Assembly: GCA_044345405.1 (NCBI GenBank)
Contig: JBIJBE010000045.1
Span: 1-28,318, forward strand
Reading direction: 5' to 3'
Length of the DNA: 28,318 nt
DNA from: Bdellovibrionota bacterium
GTDB taxonomy: Bacteria; Bdellovibrionota_C; UBA2361; OMII01
Under the pieces are notes generated by a model. The model saw only the letters and a program-made list of their open reading frames with translations, was not told the DNA's origin and searched no databases. Of this stretch, positions 8,935 through 17,500 are shown piece after piece. Every line of letters starts with the position of its first letter. Position 1 is the stretch's first letter. Both the position numbers and the translations under genes were made by a program.

Positions 8935-9711
8935 TTACGCCGCGCTTTGCTCATTAAGGTCGTGCTGGAGGTCAAAGGCGGTCGACTTTAAACGTTCAAA
9001 GAAATCTTCCACGGACACCAGTAACACCGGACCATTAGCATTGCCTGAAATAAGCTCGATAGTCGAAGGGATCGCTGGGGTGACTGTCGCTTCCTCGCCC
9101 TCCTTCGGAGAGGCGCTCAGGTACAAAGAGGAGTAACGAAACAGGGAGGCGCTCCTAACCTTCAGATCCTCAACCTGCTGGTCGAATTTTCCGTGAAACT
9201 CTTGCTCGAGAGTAGAAACAACCGAATTGAGGCGCGCGCAAAGCTCTTCTGTTAATTGCCCGCAGCGTGACCGAGTGTCATCGATTACGTCCTGCGACTT
9301 AACGATAAAAACTTGCTCAACCTCTCGCAGAAACAGGGCTTTCGCCTCAAGAGTTTCGCACTCATCCGCCTTATTCGCTCGCGCTTTGATCTGCCGCGAC
9401 AATGTGGATTTGAACTTCTCAACAACAGCCAAGGACTCATCCGTCTCCGGAGCGGGTACGTACGACATCGCGTCCTGAAAACGAAACGTTTGTGGAAATA
9501 GAGATACAGCGACATAGGCTCGGAGCAAGACACCCAGATACATCGCCTCCTCGACACACCTGTTCAGGTCGCTTGTCAGCTGACCTCGCGCGTTTCGATA
9601 CGCGTCCCGATAGCCCGATGGCGTGACAGGTTCTCCCCTCACCTCACCACTACGTGAAGGGGACGGGGTCTCGCCGACCGGTTGTTTTTCGCTGTTAATC
9701 TCCAAGGTCAT
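8935..9711 (-). CDS. Hypothetical protein, 258 aa, probably alpha-helical
   Basis: Longest ORF in the interval, ATG start, protein-like composition; no motif recognised. Confidence 0.7.
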   Translation of the reverse strand: MTLEINSEKQPVGETPSPSRSGEVRGEPVTPSGYRDAYRNARGQLTSDLNRCVEEAMYLGVLLRAYVAVSLFPQTFRFQDAMSYVPAPETDESLAVVEKFKSTLSRQIKARANKADECETLEAKALFLREVEQVFIVKSQDVIDDTRSRCGQLTEELCARLNSVVSTLEQEFHGKFDQQVEDLKVRSASLFRYSSLYLSASPKEGEEATVTPAIPSTIELISGNANGPVLLVSVEDFFERLKSTAFDLQHDLNEQSAA

Positions 9712-9787
9712 CCGTTAACTCACTTGTGCTTGAACGTCGAGCCAGGGCGAATATTCAAAAGAAGCACCTGGGTCGCGCGCGTGAGCA

Positions 9788-9803
9788 AGCAGGCATTGTA
9801 CCA
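9788..9803 (-). promoter_or_regulatory. Possible sigma54 (-24/-12) promoter for the 9711-8935 gene
   Basis: Minus strand TGGTAC-AATGC-CTGCT: GG-N10-GC spacing, 2 mismatches to TGGCAC-N5-TTGCW, correctly oriented ~77 bp upstream of the ATG. Confidence 0.3.
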
Positions 9804-9985
9804 GGCGGAGTTCACTACTCAACCGCCGCCTGCACACTCCGACCGAGAATGGCTAAATGCCTCATATAACAATCAAAAATATCCATTCCATCCTATTACG
9901 AACGCCTGAAAGCCCCCCCCCCTAAACAGCCGCGACAGGCTCCGGAATCTTGGTTTAGGTTGGGTGACTGGTATACATTTTCCAC

Positions 9986-10948
9986 ATGAGCGCACCTCGC
10001 AGTACCCGCACCTCTCAACATCCGCCGATGCCATGCGCGGCAGAGCAACCAGATCCGCTCAGCTCTCTTCTTCTCCCTCCACAGCCATCGAGGCGAACTA
10101 ACGCGGTCAGCGTTCGCTGTTCACAACTTCCCCATCCCATCCGATTTATCGATCATCCTGAGTTTCACCTGCCTGAGGCGTGGACGCGTTTCATAGAGGC
10201 GCCAGAGAGCCAACTGCCAGCTCCCCTTCCAGTTTCCAAGAGGCCATCGGGCACGTTTCAAAATCTTATTACCTATCCGGCTCCAACCCATGACGAGACC
10301 AAGAGACTCTTCCTTCGAATGAATCTCCTGAAAAGCGCAGCGGCACGGCTCGTCGAGGGCGCCATAGAGCAACCGCTGTCAAAGGATAATCTCCTTACAG
10401 TCCAGGAATATTTAAAACTCGCGAAAGAAACGAAGGATGCTCTCGTAGCTTCGAATATGAGACTCGCGATTAAGGTCGCGAACAGATTCTCTTGCGCCTC
10501 TCACGTTGTCGATGATTTAGTCAGTATCGGTTGTGAAACGCTCATGCGAGCCTGCGAGACCTACGACTGTTCTCGTCCATTTTCGTTTTACACCTACGCG
10601 ATGCGAGCGCTCTTCTCGAACTACTCAAGGTTCATGCAGGAGAGAAAATCGCGGGCGATGGTCCAACTTACTGACGTCACCTTTCAGGATCCAGTGGACC
10701 AACGCTCAGATCCACACCAAGACCACGCTCATAATCAACTTCTTGCCGAGGCGATCGGCGATATGCTCACTCAGCTCAGTGAGCGCGAACGATTGGCTAT
10801 CGGAATGCGGGCGCTCGACGAGGCGACCTTCCTGGAGATCGGAAACAAACTCGGAATCAGCAAGCAGGGGGCGCAAGGGGTCGTTAATCGCGCTCTCTCG
10901 GCGCTGCAGCGACGAGCCGGCGTCGATCCTCGAGACAATCTTCTATAG
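9986..10948 (+). CDS. Divergent sigma70-family RNA polymerase sigma factor
   Basis: Region 2 (LVASNMRLAIKVANRF..DDLVSIG..LMRACETYDCSR..FYTYA) and region 4 HTH (LSERERLAI..TFLEIGNKLGISK..NRALSAL); Pro-rich N-terminus; exact start uncertain. Confidence 0.88.
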   Translation: MSAPRSTRTSQHPPMPCAAEQPDPLSSLLLPPQPSRRTNAVSVRCSQLPHPIRFIDHPEFHLPEAWTRFIEAPESQLPAPLPVSKRPSGTFQNLITYPAPTHDETKRLFLRMNLLKSAAARLVEGAIEQPLSKDNLLTVQEYLKLAKETKDALVASNMRLAIKVANRFSCASHVVDDLVSIGCETLMRACETYDCSRPFSFYTYAMRALFSNYSRFMQERKSRAMVQLTDVTFQDPVDQRSDPHQDHAHNQLLAEAIGDMLTQLSERERLAIGMRALDEATFLEIGNKLGISKQGAQGVVNRALSALQRRAGVDPRDNLL

Positions 10949-11071
10949 TGGTCAGCCCCTTTTCCATCCACGAAGAGAATTCAGATTAGGAAAGGATTCG
11001 TGCCCAACAAAGAACCGTTGTGATATGGTGGTGATCTTTGCCACCGCGAGCATGGCGGGGAGGAGCTACCT

Positions 11072-11479
11072 ATGATGATTCGAAAAGCTACATCGGGCGA
11101 CATCCCGGGGATCAAAGATCTGATCGCGGCTAATCCTGAGACAATCCTTCCCCGTAGCGATGAAGAGCTCGCCTCCCTTATCGAGGGATTTTGGGTAGCC
11201 GAACATGAAGACAGGGTTGTTGGTTGTTGCTGCCTTGAGATCTACAGCCCAAAGATCGCTGAGATTAGAACTGTTATCGTTCACGAGAGCGCGCGAGGGT
11301 TAGGGGTTGGAGCGGGACTCGTCAAAGTCGCCGCCGACGAGGCTGAACGACAGAACATCAGAGAGGTGATGGTGGTGACGTCCTCCCCCGAGTACTTCGC
11401 CAAGCTCGGGTTTGGAGAGTGTCTTCATGAGAAGTGGGCGCTCTTCTACAGAGGCTCAAAGGGACCAAAGCAAGAGTAA
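11072..11479 (+). CDS. GNAT acetyltransferase, short ArgA (N-acetylglutamate synthase)-like
   Basis: IRKAT.GD, ILPRS, VVGCCCL, AEIRTVIV...RGLGVG (acetyl-CoA motif A), YFAKLGF; GGAGG Shine-Dalgarno upstream. Confidence 0.85.
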   Translation: MMIRKATSGDIPGIKDLIAANPETILPRSDEELASLIEGFWVAEHEDRVVGCCCLEIYSPKIAEIRTVIVHESARGLGVGAGLVKVAADEAERQNIREVMVVTSSPEYFAKLGFGECLHEKWALFYRGSKGPKQE

Positions 11480-11566
11480 GGCGAGCAAAAGCCATGGTAG
11501 TGCCAATCAACTACGCCCTGTCACATGGATGGGCGACTACTACTCAGCGGAAGGACTAAAATAGCC

Positions 11567-12754
11567 ATGAACCTTCGCCGAAATCTCACCCTGGGGTGCG
11601 TCAGCGGTTTTTTCACGATGTTCCTCGTCATCGTGCCGATCCTCGTGCCCTTCTGGAAGACTCTCGGGCTCTCGATTCAAGAGACCCTTGAGATACAAGC
11701 TATTTTTGGGCTCGCGGTCGCTCTCTTCGAGATTCCTACCGGCTACATCGCGGATCTATGGAGCCGAAAAGCGTCAGTCTGCCTCGGCACATTCATCGCG
11801 GGATGTGGATTTAGTTGTATTCCTTTCTGCACCACATACGAGTCGATAGTTATGTATGAGGTGATCATCGCGCTGGGCGGAAGTCTTGTCTCCGGCGCTG
11901 ATATCTCTATCGTATACGACTCAATTAAGGATGACCCAAATAGGCTCAAACACGTTGGTTCTTTAAGCACATGGTCTCTCCTGGGAGAAGCTGTCGCGGG
12001 ACTGCTCGCCAGTATTCTCATCTTCTGGTCGTTTACCCCCATTTTATGGGCACAGGTAGTCGTGGGATGGGTGCCATTCTTCGTCTCGCTGTGGTTCATA
12101 GAGCCACCATCGGAGAGGGTCGCTCACACATCTCATTTCTCTAATTTCAAAACAGTCCTAAAACACCTCCTTTTGGGGGAAACGATCACCCGTCAGATCT
12201 TCATTAATTCCCTGATCTGGGGCCTCTCAAGCTTTTGCGTCGTGTGGCTTTTGCAACCGTACTGGGAACTCCAACGGGTACCTCTCCAATATTTCGGCGT
12301 GATGTGGGCTGCTCTTATGTTCGTCGCGGCTGGAACCAGTAAGGCGACTCACACCTTAGAGCGGCGGGTTGGCGCGCCTACCATCCTCATCTCCCTATCC
12401 CTCGCCGCTGTCGTGGGATATCTCCTCATGGCGTTCTTCGGAGGATGGATAGGAGTGGTCGCGGGAGCGCTCTTCTACGTAAACCGTGGCCTGGCATCGG
12501 TGATATTCACCGACTCGCTCAATTGGAAGATACCGTCAGCGTTTCGAGCGACCGCGAACTCCATGAGAAGCTTTGGATTTCGGATGAGCTACGCCGCTAT
12601 CGGTCCAGCTACGGGATTCCTCGTGGATACGAGAGGTCTCAACGTAACATTCGGCGTACTAGGGGCGATCGCCGCCGTCCTTTTTGTGGTTACCCTACTA
12701 CCCCTTTCCCGTCGTATGCACGAGCTTCACGTGGATTACATCGCGCCGGAATAA
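11567..12754 (+). CDS. MFS transporter
   Basis: About 12 hydrophobic segments, FEIPTGYIADLWSRK (motif A-like), SGAD, PSAFRATANS. Start set at ATG 11567 (ORF track gives 11525). Confidence 0.9.
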   Translation: MNLRRNLTLGCVSGFFTMFLVIVPILVPFWKTLGLSIQETLEIQAIFGLAVALFEIPTGYIADLWSRKASVCLGTFIAGCGFSCIPFCTTYESIVMYEVIIALGGSLVSGADISIVYDSIKDDPNRLKHVGSLSTWSLLGEAVAGLLASILIFWSFTPILWAQVVVGWVPFFVSLWFIEPPSERVAHTSHFSNFKTVLKHLLLGETITRQIFINSLIWGLSSFCVVWLLQPYWELQRVPLQYFGVMWAALMFVAAGTSKATHTLERRVGAPTILISLSLAAVVGYLLMAFFGGWIGVVAGALFYVNRGLASVIFTDSLNWKIPSAFRATANSMRSFGFRMSYAAIGPATGFLVDTRGLNVTFGVLGAIAAVLFVVTLLPLSRRMHELHVDYIAPE

Positions 12755-12803
12755 CTCATCTGGCGACTCTGGAGCAATATGGGTACCCTACACGCGATAG
12801 TCT

Positions 12804-13571
12804 ATGAAGATATCCGTTATCACCCCTACGACTGGCTCACCCCTTCTCACCCAAGCGGTTCGGAGCGTTCTCTCTCAAGATTTCTCGGATATTGAGTACT
12901 ATCTCTTCATTGATGGAAAGGAACGAGAGGCCTCCACGTTAACGCTCTTAGAGGACCTTGGTCCACGAGATCCGAGACTCCACACTATCACCCTTCCTCA
13001 TCCAACAGGACTGGATGGTTTTAATGGTCATCGGATTTTCGGAGCCTCGTCATACCTCGCTCGTCACGAATTCATCGCCTTTCTCGACGAGGACAACTGG
13101 TGGGACCCACATCATCTTTCTTCGCTCATGCGGCTTATCATCGAACACAATCTTGACTGGGCGTACGCGTTACGAAAGATCGTTGACACCGATGGTGCGT
13201 TCATCACGAATGACGAATGCGAAAGCCTCGGCATTTGGAAAGCGTGCATCGGTGATTTTCGACACGTAGATACGAGCTGCTACCTGCTCAAGCGAATGGA
13301 CGCGCTCTCCCTTTCACCTATCTGGTACAAACAATTTCGCGGTGGGTCGACACCAACGCCTGACGCTATCATTTGCAACAAGCTGGTCGACTACAACACC
13401 TCATTCGGAACTCCAGGGCTCTACTCCGTGAACTATCGCCTCGGCGGAAGTGAGCGATCAGTGCGTAAAGACTTCTTTACGCAAGGTAATGAAGCGATGC
13501 GACAGCGATATCCTCAAGGTTTCCCGTGGGCTGCGGGCCCCGCGCTTTCAAGGGACCATATCAGGCGGTAA
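12804..13571 (+). CDS. Glycosyltransferase family 2 (GT-A fold)
   Basis: ISVITPT, AVRSVLSQ, FIDG, IAFLDED (DxD) motifs. Confidence 0.88.
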   Translation: MKISVITPTTGSPLLTQAVRSVLSQDFSDIEYYLFIDGKEREASTLTLLEDLGPRDPRLHTITLPHPTGLDGFNGHRIFGASSYLARHEFIAFLDEDNWWDPHHLSSLMRLIIEHNLDWAYALRKIVDTDGAFITNDECESLGIWKACIGDFRHVDTSCYLLKRMDALSLSPIWYKQFRGGSTPTPDAIICNKLVDYNTSFGTPGLYSVNYRLGGSERSVRKDFFTQGNEAMRQRYPQGFPWAAGPALSRDHIRR

Positions 13572-13581
13572 TTTTAAAACG

Positions 13582-14253
13582 TTAGCGCCGTCGAAAGATC
13601 CCTACCCATTCCATACCAGGTCTGCGATCAGGCTCCGACCTTATCGCGGGACGAAGCACAATCTGCTCGAAGTCCGCACCGAAAAGCTGCAGCAACTCCG
13701 CCACCGTCGTAGCGAAGGGAGGGCCCTCTCCGGCAGCGGTAAGCGAGAGCCCAGGAAGGGACCGAGCATCCTGTTCAGAAAGGACAAAGAAATTTCCTAC
13801 AAGGTAGCCACCTGGCTTGAGCCACACGAGCATGCGTTCCACATATCGAGTTCGCGCGCTCGGATCGATCGCGCAAAAAAAGGTGTGCTCAGCTATGAAA
13901 TCAACGGGTCGTGTTTCGAGCGCGAAAAAATCTCCTGACACCACCTCAATCCCCCCAGCGCCAAGAGGGAGTCGCTCAGACCGAGACCGAATCTCCGCTA
14001 TCGCTGATGGCGACCAATCAACCGCCAGCACACGCCCGCCGCATTCGGCGAGCGCGATAGCATCGCTCCCCGTTCCACAGCCGGGAGAAAGCACCTCCTT
14101 ACCACCAATCTCCACACCACGGCGCGCAAGCTCATCGAACGCCTCAAGCACTACCACGGATGGATGTCCGAGCTCCCACGGGGTGTCGCTTGAAAGGAAA
14201 CGACCTTGCCAGTACTCGGGTGTTACCCATTTCGGAGTTTCAGGGCTTGTCAT
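13582..14253 (-). CDS. TPMT / thiol-halide methyltransferase-family SAM-dependent methyltransferase
   Basis: YWQGRF...TPWELG, VLSPGCGTGSD (SAM motif I), GDFF, EHTFFCAI, LKPGG, GPPF; convergent with the GT2 gene (10-bp gap). Confidence 0.88.
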   Translation of the reverse strand: MTSPETPKWVTPEYWQGRFLSSDTPWELGHPSVVVLEAFDELARRGVEIGGKEVLSPGCGTGSDAIALAECGGRVLAVDWSPSAIAEIRSRSERLPLGAGGIEVVSGDFFALETRPVDFIAEHTFFCAIDPSARTRYVERMLVWLKPGGYLVGNFFVLSEQDARSLPGLSLTAAGEGPPFATTVAELLQLFGADFEQIVLRPAIRSEPDRRPGMEWVGIFRRR

Positions 14254-14586
14254 TGAACCATCACTATCAACATGGAGAGATCCGTTGTTTAGATATTTAG
14301 ATGATACGAAACATCTTCACCGTTCAGCAACTCACCGAGCTCTCACAAGGTCTATCGCGAGCAACACCTCCACTCGCTGGCACTCAGCACGCTGTACACT
14401 CGTCTTATTCTCGCGATTGAGGAGACGCTTATCGGCATAACTCCGGAAAAACTCAAATCATCCCATTTTTCACCCGAGAGCCCCGTATCACCTCAAAAAG
14501 CACAATGCTTTTAAGCTCTTGGAGCGCCCTTTACCAACGCCTTTTAGCTCACATTCTTTTGCAATTTCGCCGACTTACCCTATGAG

Positions 14587-17500
14587 ATGTGTTACGCACA
14601 AGGCCCACCAGGGGCCCACCACGGATGGCGGGATGATATTTTTCACGGCACGCAATCAGGGTGTCACGGGAGAGATCTACCCCCTTACTGCGATCACTCA
14701 TCACCTCATCACAAACAACTCTCAGAAAAAATTGCTCAAAAAGATGTCGGCGCCGATTCTTCAGGGATCGGCGCGCTCAACCGACTGCTCGTGGTCTTCG
14801 TTTTCATCGTGGCGAGTGTCCTACCGTGCGGGGCTAACGCGGCGACCTACTACTGGGTTGGAAATCCAGGTGGTGTAACATCGAACCCGAATAACTGGAC
14901 TACAGTCAATCCAACAAACTGCTCTGGTGGAGGCGCTGGAACGCCGACCAACGGCGACACGGTGATCTTCGATCCGGACTGCGATAACGGCGCCACAATC
15001 AATCAAGCGCTGACCGTCGACGGGCTGACCGTCCAAGCTGGATATACGGGGACAATCACTCAGAATCAGACGGCAACCGTCGGAAATCTTCACTTCGTGA
15101 TGGCAGGTGGAACGTGGGTAGGCACCGCTAACAATATCACCGTAAACGGCAATTTCACGTTCTCAGGGGGAACATTTACAGCACCTTCAACCACGATGTC
15201 CGTCAGTGGGGACTTCACGAACTCAGGCGGCACTTTTACGGCCACACTCGGCACCGTGGCCCTGAACGGAACGAATCAAACCATAACGGGATCAACAACC
15301 TTCTATACCCTCACCAAAACAACTTCTACTGCCTGCACCTTAACATTCGAGTCAGGCTCAACAACAACCGTAACGAACTCCCTGACGCTTCAAGGCGCCA
15401 CATCGCAGCTCCTCAGCTTGCGGGCATCCTCCACAACGCGATGGAAGATAAATCCATCTGGAACCAGAAACGTCTCAAGCGTCGATGTAAAGGACAGCGA
15501 TAACACCAACGCTACCGCGATAGTGGCCGATGTTTCGATGAACTCGGGCAACAACATCAACTGGACATTCACCAATCCCTTAGCGACTCCGACTCCAACG
15601 AGTACTCCAACAGCCACCGTAACAATAACTCCATCAAGCACACCCACGAGCACAGCGACCCTGACACCAACGCCGACACCAACGGCAACTCCGACGCCGA
15701 CACCGACATCAACACAAACGGCGACTCAAACTCCCACTGGAAGTCCAACTGTTACCCCGACGACGACCGAGACGAACACTCCAACGACTACGCCAGGCGC
15801 AGGGGCAACCAGCACTCCTGTTGTGTGTGGATGTTGGCCGGAGCAGCTTAACTCTACCAACACCTGCGAGACAGGTACGGATGTATGCGCGGAGTGTCCT
15901 GGAGTGGTGCAGGTCGGCGGCACCGATCCAGGATGCTACTGCGCCTGGGCTACTCCAGGGGGCCCGGGACCAAGTGTGTGTGTTACGCCGACTATGACGC
16001 CAAGCAGTCCAACGCTCACGCCAACAGAAACTGCAACAGCAACACCGACCGAATCCGCAACGACCACTCCAACCCAGACACCGACGAAAACGCCAACTGA
16101 AACGCCGACGACAACACCGACAGAGACCCCAACCACCACTCCAACTCAGACACCAACGACAACGCCAACTCAAACGCCGACCACAACACCTACTGAGACC
16201 CCAACGACGACACCGACAGAGACCCCGACCACAACACCTACTGAGACTCCAACGACGACGCCGACAGAGACCCCAACCACCACCCCAACTCAGACACCAA
16301 CGACAACGCCAACTCAAACGCCGACGACAACACCTACTGAGACTCCAACAACGACGCCGACAGAGACCCCAACCACCACTCCAACTCAGACATCGACGAC
16401 AACACCAACTCAAACGCCGACGACAACACCTACTGAGACTCCAACGACGACGCCGACAGAGACCCCAACCACCACTCCAACTCAGACATGGACGACAACA
16501 CCAACTCAAACGTCGACGACGACACCGACAGAAACCCCAACCACAACACCTACCGAGACTCCCACGACGACGCCGACAGAGACCCCAACCACCACTCCAA
16601 CTCAGACACCAACGACAACGCCAACTCAAACGCCGACGACAACGCCAACTGAAACGCCGACGACGACGCCGTCCGAGACCCCAACTACGACACCAACTGA
16701 AACTCCAACGGGGACCCCGACCGAGACCGCAACAACTACTCCAACTCAGACACCGACGACAACACCAACTGAAACACCAACGACAACACCGACGGAGACC
16801 CCAACCACAACACCTACCGAGACTCCTACGACGACACCGACAGAGACCCCAACCACCACTCCAACTCAGACACCAACGACAACGCCAACTCAAACGCCGA
16901 CGACAACACCTACTGAGACCCCAACCTCCACCCCAACTGAAACCCCAACAACAACGCCAACTGAGACCGCGACAACCACTCCAACTCAGACACCTACGAC
17001 AACTCCAACTGAAACGCCGACGACGACACCGACAGAAACCCCAACCACAACACCTACCGAGACTCCCACGACGACACCGACAGAGACTCCAACCATCACT
17101 CCAACTCAGACACCCACGACAACACCAACTGAAACACCAACGACAACACCAACGGAGACCCCTACGACCACCCCTACTGAAACGCCGACGACGACACCGA
17201 CCGAAACCCCAACTACAACACCAACTGAAACTCCAACAACGACGCCAACCGAGACCACGACAACCACTCCAACTCAGACACCGACGACAACGCCAACTGA
17301 AACGCCGACGACGACACCGACAGAGACTCCAACCACCACTCCAACTCGGACACCGACGACAACGCCGACCGAAACACCAACGACAACACCAACGAGAACA
17401 CCAACGGAGACCCCTACGACCACCCCTACTGAAACGCCGACGACGACGCCGTCCGAGACCCCAACTACGACACCAACTGAAACTCCAACAACGACGCCAA

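Noticed and set aside
11490-11505. sigma54-like box TGGCAC-TACCA-TGGCT on the minus strand
   Set aside because: It points antisense into the GNAT gene with no gene to drive; treated as a likely chance match.
11072-14253. GNAT + MFS + GT2 + methyltransferase as a biosynthetic or tailoring cluster
   Set aside because: No scaffold-forming enzyme or precursor peptide; the methyltransferase is convergent; the genes are not translationally coupled.
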